A program made the translations under genes and the position numbers. This document shows positions 47,610-58,367 of a stretch of DNA of 64,000 bases, piece by piece (position 1 is the first letter of the stretch; each line of letters begins with the position of its first letter). Under the pieces are notes generated by a model, which ran no database searches, had not been told where the DNA came from, and worked only from the letters and a program-made list of their open reading frames with translations. This DNA is from Lepidodermella squamata (Eukaryota; Animalia; Gastrotricha): assembly GCA_047495785.1 (NCBI GenBank), contig JBLDXI010000012.1, positions 62,001 to 126,000 of the forward strand, written 5' to 3'.

Positions 47610-47879
47610 TCATAGCCTTTGCCAAACGCTCGATATTTTCGGCCTTGAGATGTACTTCCCTCGAAGTTTTCCGTTGTTCCCGACAAAGCTGCTAAGTAGT
47701 TGTTCGTGTTGGCGGCTTTTAACAGAAATTTGACGCCGTTTTCTTACGATGTATGTTGGCTCTTCGAAATCGTAGCCAGCGATTTCATTCTCGATTTCTG
47801 ACGATTCTTCTGCCCTCACGCTGATGGCAACAATCAGAAGAAGGAGGCCCCAAAATGCCATACGTTGAGATATAGACAT
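47610..47879 (-). CDS. Small secreted precursor
   Basis: Signal peptide ending VRA; acidic EIAGYDFEEPTY; RKRR; basic mature part. Confidence 0.85.
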   Translation of the reverse strand: MSISQRMAFWGLLLLIVAISVRAEESSEIENEIAGYDFEEPTYIVRKRRQISVKSRQHEQLLSSFVGNNGKLRGKYISRPKISSVWQRL

Positions 47880-48313
47880 TTTTAGACGGAAAAATTTGTG
47901 GTTTAATGAGCAGCTAATTCTAGAACGGAAAAGTTCGTCGCAAAATCAGAACGCAGAATAATTAAATGATGAGCTAAATAGTGGAGATATTGTACCAGAA
48001 TGATAATCTCCTCATGTACTTAATTTTTTCAAAATTCAATGCGTAAGATTGTAGGCGTTCCATTATACGCTCTCGCTGTTTTTTCCTTACACGCGAAGTA
48101 GTAATAAAAAATAGTCTGAACGCAAATCAATATCAGATTGTTAATTGGTCACATTTTATATATATCGACAGCTAAAAATAAAGAAAATTGTGGCCACGGA
48201 TTAAATGTCTTACGGAAATTGGCGGCAAGTGTCATAAGTAATATAAGGACAAAACTGAAAGAAAAAACTAGTTTTTATTTTTTATTTTAACCTATTTTAA
48301 AATCGCATTGATA

Positions 48314-48589
48314 ATGATGGCTTCATTCAACTGGTATTTATTAGCCTTAACCCTATTGATATCGACTGTTGCCGCGATGGATGACGGTCATTTGCGATTC
48401 AGGCGGTATTACTCAGCGGTCTCAAAGCAAAACGATGCGGCAGATGATGATCCTTTGCTTAACTTTTATAATAAGTGGCGGTCGAAAATGGCGAATAGGC
48501 GCAAAATCCGCCCGGCTGATGGTATCAAGATTTCAAGTTCAGCAGCTCCTAATCAACGAAAAACGGCTAAAAATCCTCCCTCAATTTGA
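48314..48589 (+). CDS. Small secreted precursor, RxRR-YY subfamily
   Basis: Signal peptide; HLRFRR|YYSAVS...NKW. Confidence 0.85.
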   Translation: MMASFNWYLLALTLLISTVAAMDDGHLRFRRYYSAVSKQNDAADDDPLLNFYNKWRSKMANRRKIRPADGIKISSSAAPNQRKTAKNPPSI

Positions 48590-48949
48590 ACTCGCGATCA
48601 CAGACATCTTAAAGATTCATTATCCTAATATCACTCTTAGGTACCAATTGGGAAAATTAAAGAAAAGTTCTTTATCGCCCACAATTTTTGTCGCTTGTTT
48701 TGCATTTAATTTTTTCTCGAAAGGTCGGAGTTTCAAAGCTTAGACGTTTTTGAAGCGCTTAAAGTGCGGGATTTAACGAAAATATTCTTCGGCAATCTGT
48801 CTTTCCGCTAAGCTGATTGATCGGCGAGAAATCAAACCACGCATCGCTCATTACTAATTAAAGTGAAAGAGGTATAATCTCGATCAATTCTGAGAGAAAT
48901 TGCTGACTCGTGGCGTGATTTTACAATTTTTTTATATCATCTGAAAAAA

Positions 48950-49171
48950 ATGTCGAAAAAATCAGCTATTCTAGTTTTGCTCCTCGTCTCTACGCTGGTG
49001 ATTGCTGCTGTTTCTGCAGATGTTGCCGAGACCCATGCCAGATACCGCCGGTATTTCGCAGCAGTTTCCGGCCCAGGCGGAGCGGCTAATGACGGAACGG
49101 AGAGCATAATCACCTTCCTGCGAAACAAGTGGTCGAAAAAGCCGAAAAAAGTCACAGCAAATCAATCCTAA
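48950..49171 (+). CDS. Small secreted precursor, RxRR-YY subfamily
   Basis: HARYRR|YFAAVS...NKW. Confidence 0.9.
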   Translation: MSKKSAILVLLLVSTLVIAAVSADVAETHARYRRYFAAVSGPGGAANDGTESIITFLRNKWSKKPKKVTANQS

Positions 49172-49275
49172 ATCACCTTATATGAGACGTTTTTATTGCG
49201 ATATTTATCTTATTTTATTGCTATATATAATTAAGGTGGCTGAATTTAATGCATAATCTAATCATAATAAATCTG

Positions 49276-49656
49276 CTAAAATTTCCTGGTGAATTTGCGC
49301 AGTTGACTACGGAAAAATTTGGTCTTGAGATTAGGATCAAGCGCCGACTGTTTCGCGGCTATAAAAGTCTGTTGCCGGGTTTGCTGCTGTCCTGGTATCA
49401 TTTGATTTTGTCGGCTATCAGCTTTCAGCTTCAATTGTTGGTACATCAACGCCCTGAAGCGTTGATTTGTAGCTTCATCGCTCGATTGAAGTTGCTTCTT
49501 CAGGGCTGTTCGAACATAATCGGCTAGGCTGGTCCCAACTGGGCGCTGTGAGAGAAGCGACTCGTATTGAGCTGGGTTCCCCGGAGTCTTCGCCTCGACA
49601 ACTTGCAGGGCTAAATAACTAGCGGAGATTAGAAAGCTGCTGATTAGCAGGTGCAT
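49276..49656 (-). CDS. Small secreted Gln/Lys-rich protein
   Basis: Signal peptide ending VEA; TATAAA about 45 bp upstream; basic C-terminus. Confidence 0.8.
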   Translation of the reverse strand: MHLLISSFLISASYLALQVVEAKTPGNPAQYESLLSQRPVGTSLADYVRTALKKQLQSSDEATNQRFRALMYQQLKLKADSRQNQMIPGQQQTRQQTFIAAKQSALDPNLKTKFFRSQLRKFTRKF

Positions 49657-50081
49657 TTCGATCGTTTGATGCTAGTTGGGCTAGAATTCAAGCCATTTAT
49701 ATGGAGATTTCTTTACGTGACTAGGCTCTGCGTGGGGACATCATGAGGCCATCCCTCTGGGACTACCCCTGATCCGAGGCTCATTTTTTTCTCACGGTGG
49801 ATGTCGGAATGGATCGAGGCTAATAAAGTCTACGTCACAGTCTGGGTTCGACTTCAAGACGAGACTCTCACGTGTTGTTTTTTATCTAAGCTCATCTTAA
49901 TCCGACATTTAATACCTGTTGAGATGGGCTCGTAAGAGCTAAGGTTTGATTAAATAGGTCGAAAAGGGGAGGTTGAAAACAAGGTAATTAAAAACAAGTA
50001 GGCGTGGCAGGACTAAGATCTGATTCCCGGTTTTATCAGGGACATCGGTTATTTTTTTGTTTAATTTTAATTTTTTTGAAA

Positions 50082-50369
50082 ATGAAAATGGCTATCGTCT
50101 CGTGTTTCTTGGTGATTGCGGTTTTTCTCTCCGCCGTTTCAGCAAAAATCGACGAGAACGATGAGGTTCACAGTCACATTTTCGATCCCAACTTTGCGAC
50201 GCAGCTTCGACCGCTGCCTAATCGAGCAAGTGCCGTTTTCAGTGGCCTGAGGACGGGGAATATTGGGAAAAATAAGGCGAAGGATGAAAGCATTGTTATG
50301 ACCTTCCAAAACGGCCAGCTGTACGTTTCGAAGAACAACAGACGCCGCCCGAACAAAATCAAGCCTTAG
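50082..50369 (+). CDS. Small secreted precursor, DEVH/FSGLR.GNIG/QNG subfamily
   Basis: IDENDEVHSHIFDPNF; RASAVFSGLRTGNIG; FQNGQLYV. Confidence 0.9.
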   Translation: MKMAIVSCFLVIAVFLSAVSAKIDENDEVHSHIFDPNFATQLRPLPNRASAVFSGLRTGNIGKNKAKDESIVMTFQNGQLYVSKNNRRRPNKIKP

Positions 50370-51299
50370 ACTTACTAATTATTTTGATAAAGCCTGTTTC
50401 AAGTTTCAAAATTTTAGTAGCCTGTGAGAAAATAATTTGTTTTAAAAGCTGAAAATAAATTAAAAACCACTTGGAAATGTGGAGTTCGTTTTCCTTCTAA
50501 ATTTTATGCTGCTCAAATCTCGAAGCCAATAAAATCGCATCCTCAGGGTGAGAAGCACGGGGTGCCTCGAGAGGTCTTGCCAAAACCCAAAAAACACAGG
50601 GGGTCACATAAATTCGGGGCTGAAAATACCCACACCTTGAGGATCTTACTTCATCGATTAGAGCAAAAAATTACTCGACCAGAGACCAGATGGGAAAATG
50701 ATGTGATTCAATGGAGGAAATAGGTTCAGCTTACCTATGGCAAAATCGCGAACACAGGTAGCTTTTTCAACCCAAACAGAACTGGACTTTCATGAAAGTT
50801 CAACCTCAAGTGGCAGGTAATAACCGGAAAAAGGCCAAAATTAATAATTATTAGTCAGATTTCCTGGATTTATGATTCTCTTCATTTTTTCTCCGATGAC
50901 TTTACCGGACGCAGCCGGTTTATAGATTTGTCGACTGGAGCCGCCGATCGCAGCCAGAAGCTATGAACTATATTTTTCGAACGAGTGTATTAGGTTAGGC
51001 GTTATCTTTTCAGGGACAGCCACTTTGTAGCCTGGAGATTAGGTTCATGACAAAAAACTAGTTTGCTATACGTCCCCATGCTCATCATTAGATGCGAACG
51101 ATCAAAGTAATATAGGCCATTGTAAAAACAGGTGGGCGAGTTCGTCTTTGTATTTCCTATTAAATAAAAATCACGTCATAAGCCAAATGCACGATTAATA
51201 TTAGGATTTAAAATCTCGCCGTCCGAGTCTATACCTTTTTTCTTCAGCAGTCCTAATCAAATCCAGCTGATTTTTTTCTCACAATTAAAATCTCGAAAA

Positions 51300-51554
51300 A
51301 TGGCGGCCTTTAGTTTAAAAATCATCCTCGTTCTGTTTTCCGCCGTTACAACGGTGTTTGCTTTCGACCACATCGATGAAAGCGACGATATCAACCTATT
51401 CGAACCGACTTATGCCCAACCAGCTCGGCCCATGTTGAGCCGTGCTGGGGCGATTTTCAGCGGCCTTCGAATGGGCAATATCGGCCGGAAAGCGAATGAC
51501 GACCGGGTCTTGGCGATTCAAAACGGCAAATTAGTACTCGCTAAACTTGTTTGA
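51300..51554 (+). CDS. Small secreted precursor, paralog of 50082
   Basis: IDESDDINLFEPTY; RAGAIFSGLRMGNIG; IQNGKLV. Confidence 0.9.
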   Translation: MAAFSLKIILVLFSAVTTVFAFDHIDESDDINLFEPTYAQPARPMLSRAGAIFSGLRMGNIGRKANDDRVLAIQNGKLVLAKLV

Positions 51555-51931
51555 ATGCCGTAAACTTCATAAGAGGAATATGAAAACTGTGCTTCATCCA
51601 TGATTTTGCTTGAATAAAGAAGACACTTTGGGTAATGGGTAGATGCCAGCAACAGTGAATTGTTAATAATTTAAACGATTCGAGTTGTTTTGAATTCTGT
51701 TGCCTACACTCTCATTTTGAGGCGTTTTCACCGAACTTCCAGAAGCAGCATCTGGATATCATTATTTTATGAGAATTTATTTTCGCAAAGGCAAGCGCAT
51801 GGGCGATCATTACAGTTGAATGATTTCTCCACGTGATTAAATATCAATTCGCACTCGAGTTGTTTTGCATCCTGACTGGTCACGTTCGAGCTTCATCTAC
51901 TCATAAAATAAATTTTAAAGTTTTTTGAGTC

Positions 51932-52120
51932 ATGAAAGGTTGGAAAGTTGCAATCATGCTATTGGTCATTGCCGCGATGGCGATTGTTGGCGAGGCGGCC
52001 TCTTTTGACACCGATTTCGAACGCCATCGCCGTCTTCTATCTGCTCTACCGAGGCGCGGAGAGTCAAGAGGAAAACCGAGTTTATTTGACGTTATTCTAT
52101 CCCGATGGGGAATCGACTAG
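51932..52120 (+). CDS. Small secreted precursor, distant RxRR subfamily member
   Basis: Signal peptide; RHRR|LLSAL...SRW. Confidence 0.85.
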   Translation: MKGWKVAIMLLVIAAMAIVGEAASFDTDFERHRRLLSALPRRGESRGKPSLFDVILSRWGID

Positions 52121-52250
52121 ATGCCTAAATCAACTACGGCCATTGCCTGCTGATTCATGTTTTAAGTTGCAAAGAACAATATTTTAAATGAAATTTTTAG
52201 CGAAAAGCAGGCTCTAATAAAATTGTGTAATTATTAATTTATTCGCATTT

Positions 52251-52535
52251 TCAAACAACAGATCGGCGTCGCATCAGGTGAAGTCGATCAAAGTCATCGT
52301 TAATAAATTTTAGTATCTCAGAATTATCAGCATTCAATGGCAGTAAGTCTTCGGGTGATTCGAGAGAATGAACTGCTGGCCAGAAAAGCGACGACCAAGC
52401 AGCATCGCCTGCTTTGTTGAATGACGTCGATGAGAAAACGCCGCTGGGCTCGAAGCTAGAAATGCCTCTGCCTCGGACCAACACGCTGAAACACGCGATC
52501 ACAGCAACGATTCTGATCATTGAGGGACGAGCCAT
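52251..52535 (-). CDS. Small secreted precursor
   Basis: Signal-peptide-like N-terminus ending VRG; RRR near the end. Confidence 0.7.
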   Translation of the reverse strand: MARPSMIRIVAVIACFSVLVRGRGISSFEPSGVFSSTSFNKAGDAAWSSLFWPAVHSLESPEDLLPLNADNSEILKFINDDFDRLHLMRRRSVV

Positions 52536-53279
52536 CAAACGTCAGTAGCAGGTCAAATTGAACTGAACATAATTGAACGAGAGGCACGCAGCGGAAATGC
52601 GACTATTTTTGGCAGCCTGGCGTGGATTTTAATCGCTGAGTGTAGAATGAAGTATTAATTATTGCGAACTGGGAAAAAATCGAATTTTTTCAACCCAGCA
52701 ATTATGACGCGTCAGAGCTATATCGCAGAAACTGAAATTTTTCTGTGGTTTCTTTCATTGAAATAAAATGTGGAAAATCAATAATATTAATCTACCAGAA
52801 CAGGCAGAGTGAAGTAAACAATCAGCTAATAAACAAATAAACAAAATTGAAGTTTTGATCCTGCAGGTGTGTATGCAGGTGCTGAATCATGTGTTTTCAA
52901 ACCATCAGTTGCCAAGGAGCTAGATACATCGATTCAGCTGTCCGAAATCAGACAGATCTCACGTCTTCCGAGTAATATTGACCCTACGAGATTGTTGTTT
53001 ACTTGAAAAATATGCATTTTATAAGCGCGAAATGCAGAATATATTTCTGTATAATCGATTGTGATGACTGAAGGGTAAATCTGTATTTTTCAGCAAATCG
53101 CGAAACGTGTGTTGACTTGAAATTGGACGATTCCTGGATTCCATTAAGTGTTCTTACTAAGTTGTTCTTGGGTTTTTTGAATTTTCGAATTTCAGACCCC
53201 TGGGAGGCTCCTATCCTCCTTAAAAGACTGAATAGCCCCCAAGTGTGCCAGAAAAGTATAGTTCGATCTAACAAAATGT

Positions 53280-53600
53280 TGAATATATCCAGATTTTTCG
53301 CCTCAAATGACCCTAAAAAACAAGTTGACAGCGCATAGAAAATGATACGGGAATTTATTGCGTGAGGCATTTATTAATTGATGCAATAAATATTCAAATT
53401 ATTCAGGCGTGATTTTATCAAAATTAGCATTTTCCACTGGTAAACTTTAAAGCCCAATTTCTCAGCAACTCCGATGGCTATCAATCTGTTTTTGACACCG
53501 TTCGACTCCTCGTTCATTGATCTTGAAATAAGTGGCCTCAAAAAGTCTCACGATCACAAAACTTTCGCTTAACCCCACTTTTCGCTTGTTAACGGTCAAA
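53280..53600 (-). repeat. Degenerate dispersed repeat, copy 3 of 3
   Basis: Reverse complement matches blocks at 630-1040 and 31500-31790. Confidence 0.7.
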
Positions 53601-53879
53601 TAATGGAAAAATCGGGCTGGGGAGGAAATAATGAAGCAAATTATTGCCGAATTTTCCCATCATCTGTTTCAATTCGATGATAAATAAAACAAATTACCTC
53701 GCTGAATGTAACTCCCAGGAAATTATTAGGTGTATTTTTATTTCATCCTCACGCGCTCGAAATCGGATAGATAGATATCAAGTGTCATCACAGAGTTTCG
53801 AAAATTTAATGACAAAATCTACCTCGAGCATAGACATAAACATAGTCTGGTTCATTATGAAGACCGTAACTTGGCGCCT

Positions 53880-54170
53880 TCATTGATTCCGGTACCTATA
53901 GTTAGTCGTCTTTGACTTGACGGCTGTTTTTTGTTGATTGGAGCGAACTCGCGGGTTCAAGAAGCGCTTATTCATCCCGAACAGCTCACCCGCATCGTCG
54001 TCCAGCGTCATCGCATACTCATTTCCGTTGAAACTCCCGTACATATTCTGCTTCGACAGCTCGTTGCCGTTTTCGAAGCGGTTAAAATTGCCGTTGTAAA
54101 GCTGCGCAAATGCTACATTCACTATCAACACTAACCCGAGAAAAATTGCGAAAAAATTCGAATTCTGCAT
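53880..54170 (-). CDS. Small secreted Asn-rich precursor
   Basis: Signal peptide ending AFA|Q; internal repeat Y.G.F..NGNE; NKRF. Confidence 0.85.
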   Translation of the reverse strand: MQNSNFFAIFLGLVLIVNVAFAQLYNGNFNRFENGNELSKQNMYGSFNGNEYAMTLDDDAGELFGMNKRFLNPRVRSNQQKTAVKSKTTNYRYRNQ

Positions 54171-54508
54171 GTTATTTCTATAATTTTCGGAAAATTTAGA
54201 CAAAAAATCTACTTCGACTTAAAATTGGCAATGAGACGGCGAAGCATAGTAGACAGCCTAACTAGAAATTAACCAATGAAGCATGTAATATCTTTTATGT
54301 ACTAAAATATACGACGAAAAACCAGGAAAATTCAATTGTCATGCTTATTCGGCATGATAAATCGGAAATTAAACAATATTTTTCAGGCTTTAAAATAAAC
54401 TCAAAACACCTCCGCAATAGTCTTGCAATTTTATTGTTCTAATTAAATGATAGGCAATACAATGTACAATGTATTATCTAATTATTATGGTTTTTTTCAT
54501 AACCTGGA

Positions 54509-54763
54509 CTAGAGACGGCGGAATTTATACGGCCGGCCGTAAATCCACCTGATGAAAAATTCCGATCCATCGTATTGCCGACTCGGGTTGATATCGCGAT
54601 TTGAGCCACTTGGAAAATCGTCGCCAATTCCGCCCATTCTTTTCCGCATAAGTTCCCGCTTGCCGACAAGAGCCGGAATAAAAACGTCACCCTGGACGTT
54701 AGCAGCCAGGCAAAAAGCCAGGGCAAAGGACACAATAGCAAATATTGCCAGAATTCTCGCCAT
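54509..54763 (-). CDS. Prohormone-like precursor with GKR and C-terminal IRWIYGRPYKF
   Basis: Signal peptide; VFIPALV-GKR; RKR; C-terminal motif shared with the 12089 gene. Confidence 0.9.
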   Translation of the reverse strand: MARILAIFAIVSFALAFCLAANVQGDVFIPALVGKRELMRKRMGGIGDDFPSGSNRDINPSRQYDGSEFFIRWIYGRPYKFRRL

Positions 54764-55017
54764 GTTTTGAAACAAAAAAATAGTGATATGAGAGTTTAAT
54801 TTTCTAGATTGAATAGCGAAGCCCACGAGCGATGTCTCCTGGGACACCGCGCTCGCAAAAATATGAATCAGGTAATTAAACTCTGATCTCAAATGACGCG
54901 ATTATACTCTACTACGTGCACCGAAATAGCTCGTGATTAATAACAGGTTTAATTGCAAAAAAACTCGAGACACTAATCCATGTTTTTATTCAGTCTTATA
55001 GACAACAGACTCAATTT

Positions 55018-55392
55018 TCAGTGAAATTTCCAGCTTTTGTTCGGTCGTTTGACAAGATTAATGACCAGGCGGGCATTGCTCGGCAGGGAATTTCCAAGTT
55101 TTGATTTTTCACTCGGAACCTGCTTGGGCGGCCGGGTCGATGTTTCAATTTCGTTGTGAGCTCGTTGCTTTTTGAATAAAGTTCCAGTTCTAATTAGAAA
55201 CGGCGAAAATACATCCTTAGCCGTTGGCGCCTCGTTTTCCTTAGTCTTGCGGGTCATGTGTGGGTATTTGAGTTGCAAAGCTCGCCTCAAATTAATATTT
55301 GCAAGCTTATCTTTAGAGTAAGCTGATGTAGAAAACTCGATGAAAGACAAGCAAAATACCAAGATTGATAGGTAAAAATTGATTTGCAGCAT
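55018..55392 (-). CDS. Small secreted basic protein
   Basis: Signal peptide; aaaaATG; RR and KR sites. Confidence 0.8.
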   Translation of the reverse strand: MLQINFYLSILVFCLSFIEFSTSAYSKDKLANINLRRALQLKYPHMTRKTKENEAPTAKDVFSPFLIRTGTLFKKQRAHNEIETSTRPPKQVPSEKSKLGNSLPSNARLVINLVKRPNKSWKFH

Positions 55393-55529
55393 TTTTTTTT
55401 ACCGAATGAACGCTTTTGCCAGTGTGAATGAGTTAATAAACCTTAATACCCCGCATTTTTTCGCAACACGATTTTATTTTTTATTAGCTTCGTTAGTCTA
55501 GGTAAGACAAGACACCGGGCATTTCGCAA

Positions 55530-55970
55530 TCATTGATTCGCCAATCCAAGGCGCCTGTTGAAATAATTCTTAGGGTAGTAGGCAACGAAAGGTCTAGCGA
55601 CGTAGTACGATCCGCTGGGTATTGGCTTTAAATTAACTGCGGCATAGCTCGGAGGCGGCTTTCTTTGCCTTGTTACTGTAGCCGGTTGAGTTATTTCGGT
55701 CGTAGTAGCCGTATCATCCTGATTGGACGTTGAAGCCAGGGTAGTTGTAGTAGTTAATTTAGCCTCAAAAATAGAATTTTGAACTCGGTTGAAAAATGTA
55801 CGAAAAGATTCTCGCTGATAATTATGACTTGTCGGAATGAAGTTCACCATGATTCTTGACCCAGGTTGGTGGGGTTGAATCCGGACCTGCGGTAGCTTCC
55901 AGAGAGGACCATAATTACTTTCGACAAGCGAAAGTTGACAAAAGACAAGCAAAATAGCAACGAAGATCAT
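55530..55970 (-). CDS. Small secreted protein with a Thr-rich segment
   Basis: Signal peptide ending VES; TATAAATA about 45 bp upstream; Tyr/Pro-rich end. Confidence 0.8.
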   Translation of the reverse strand: MIFVAILLVFCQLSLVESNYGPLWKLPQVRIQPHQPGSRIMVNFIPTSHNYQRESFRTFFNRVQNSIFEAKLTTTTTLASTSNQDDTATTTEITQPATVTRQRKPPPSYAAVNLKPIPSGSYYVARPFVAYYPKNYFNRRLGLANQ

Positions 55971-56175
55971 TCTCAAATTCTGGTTGAAATTTTCGGTTAT
56001 TAACGTGGCTTATTTATAGCCACGATTTTTGCGAGGTGTCTGCGCAATAATGACCCGTTTGCGTTTTTTTATTTACACACCTACGAAACCGCTATAGATA
56101 TCGAATTTTATTTAAGACCACTTAAAGCGATATGTTTGCACTAAAATCTGAAGTGACAAGTTGAAACCGCACGTT

Positions 56176-56457
56176 TTAGGCTAATTCTTTGCTCAGGAAC
56201 TTGATGAACTTTGACTTGCTGTTGCTGCGAGGTGAGTAGAATTGGTCTGATTTCATGCTGTGAAAATGACGGTCGGACGGTTTCAGCTGCGCGTTTGATT
56301 TCGAAGATCGCGGGGACCTTGTCTGGCGCGAAATCGAGTTCGCTCTGATCAATGACGACGACGAAGGGCTGTTGACGAAAAAAGAACTGCGAACTGCATA
56401 GCCAATTGCGCAGTTGACTAGAAGGAAAAAGAGAAGAAAGCCACCAACCAGTTGCAT
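56176..56457 (-). CDS. Small secreted Ser/Arg-rich protein
   Basis: Signal peptide ending AIG; RQTR. Confidence 0.8.
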   Translation of the reverse strand: MQLVGGFLLFFLLVNCAIGYAVRSSFFVNSPSSSSLIRANSISRQTRSPRSSKSNAQLKPSDRHFHSMKSDQFYSPRSNSKSKFIKFLSKELA

Positions 56458-57000
56458 ACCTATTTATTACACCGGTTTCCTAAAAAAGGCGCGGAAATAC
56501 ACTGATAATTTAAGACATAAGGTCGGATTGCGTGACTTGGATTAAAAAGATTATAATAATTGCTCGGGGCATTTTTAATTGATCTCACGTGATTAAAACT
56601 AACGGGGGAGTTATAATAAAAAAATTTAAAATTCATTTAGGTGCATTCTTTTAGGGTGGATTTTTAAAAAATGAATTTTTAGCGAGAATAAAGGTAGTTT
56701 TAACAACGTAAACAATTTCCTGCGTCGTAGTTGATTTGATTTGTCTCCCCAAAGTTCATATCGATGGCCACTAATGACCCTAATATTGTGCATTGCGGCT
56801 CTGAATTTAATTTAACATGAGTAAACAAAATGTCTCAGTGGGGGCGCTGTTGATTATCATCGAGATGAAATTTATTCAAAATTACTCAATTCAAGTGTGT
56901 TGACAAGAGACAAAAAAAGAAGCGTGAAACTTGAGTTCGAATTTTTTTTATGCCATTGAGAATCAGCAATCAGCCATCATCTTGTGAATTGTCCACTCTG

Positions 57001-57234
57001 TCAATACTTCGTAGCCCAGTCGCTCCTAGCTTTCGGCTGGATGACATAGCGGTCCAATAAACTGATGTCTTCATCGGCAGGTGGGCTAGGAACACGGCCG
57101 CGAGTTCGCCACTTTGAGAAGCGTTTCTCGAAAACGGACTGAGCCTCCTCCATCGAATCTGCGGCGAATGCAGTGATAACAGAGATGAGGCACATAATAA
57201 GAACAGTCGCAGTTATGAGATTAACAAAGTTCAT
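57001..57234 (-). CDS. Small secreted precursor
   Basis: Signal peptide; acidic spacer; EKR|FSKW. Confidence 0.85.
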   Translation of the reverse strand: MNFVNLITATVLIMCLISVITAFAADSMEEAQSVFEKRFSKWRTRGRVPSPPADEDISLLDRYVIQPKARSDWATKY

Positions 57235-57360
57235 CTTGCAATGTAGATTTTCGGAACAAAAAAAATAACTGTGCGATATAGTGAAATTTCAGATTTTACT
57301 TATATGCCGATGAACTCAGTGGAATGCGTAGCCACGTGTATTTCTACGAAATTTTCGCTA

Positions 57361-57699
57361 TCACTTTTCAATCGACAATTTTGCCAAATTGTTGTTTGGC
57401 TTGAAATATGACGCTAATGCGCTTGCAATAAAAAAATAACGCACATGGTTCGCACTGACATTAACGGACGTTCCTAAAGGTCGTTTTTCATTAGGACGCT
57501 CGAGTGGATCGCCTGGATCGCCGGCCTCTATTGTTTCCTCGGAATATCGACCAAGATATTGCCGATTGTCATACTGATCGTCGGGTATTGCGTGGCTCTT
57601 CACGAAATGCTTCGATTCATGGCGCCTTAATATCGCGTATGAATTGCTAGCTGGTGAGATGATTAAAAAAGGAAAAAGAAATTTCCAAACTATCATCAT
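57361..57699 (-). CDS. Small probably secreted protein (start 57699 or 57735)
   Basis: Weaker signal peptide; RR and KR sites; same orientation and spacing as the array. Confidence 0.6.
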   Translation of the reverse strand: MMIVWKFLFPFLIISPASNSYAILRRHESKHFVKSHAIPDDQYDNRQYLGRYSEETIEAGDPGDPLERPNEKRPLGTSVNVSANHVRYFFIASALASYFKPNNNLAKLSIEK

Positions 57700-57898
57700 G
57701 ATTCGTAAAGTTAAAGTGCAACAAACTTTAGTCATCCTTGCTTAAATAGCGCAATTTGCGGCGATATGAACATGTGCTCGATAATTCGATAATCGGCCGC
57801 AAGACGAATGTAACATTTCAGAGAATTAACTCAATTGTACTAATTCAATTCGGACAATCTCCAATTTATTTCTCCAAGAATCACGGAACAACAATAAT

Positions 57899-58162
57899 TC
57901 AGCTGGGTTTTGGTTTGTTTTGCTTTTTATTCTGCATTTTGCTCAAAATCCAGCGAGATAGATGGCCAATTTCCTCGTTCTCCTTGCTTCGTTGTTCCAA
58001 ATTTTTGAATAGAATCCATCGATGAGACGGGTTGGCCGAGTGCTCGCTCTTGCCTTTAGTAACAGGTGACTCTTGCAGTACAACCAGTCGATTTTTCGCT
58101 GCAGCAACCAGTTCAAGCGAGATGAGTAAACAAGCGGCGAAAACTGCAGAGTATTTCATCAT
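57899..58162 (-). CDS. Small secreted protein, LSRWxL subfamily
   Basis: Signal peptide; HRWIL and GHLSRWILSKM. Confidence 0.85.
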   Translation of the reverse strand: MMKYSAVFAACLLISLELVAAAKNRLVVLQESPVTKGKSEHSANPSHRWILFKNLEQRSKENEEIGHLSRWILSKMQNKKQNKPKPS

Positions 58163-58367
58163 TTTATCCCAAAAATAAAAACAGCGCGAAAAGCTAGAAT
58201 AAAGAGAAAAATCTATATGTATAGACTATGGACACTCCAGATTTTCAATAACTTTTTAATTGCGATTGGAAGGAAATAACCAACTCCCACACCTATTTTT
58301 ATTGCTAATAAAATTATTTGACTTGTATAGAACTGGTTGATTTATTGCTGCGAATCTGAAATGACAA

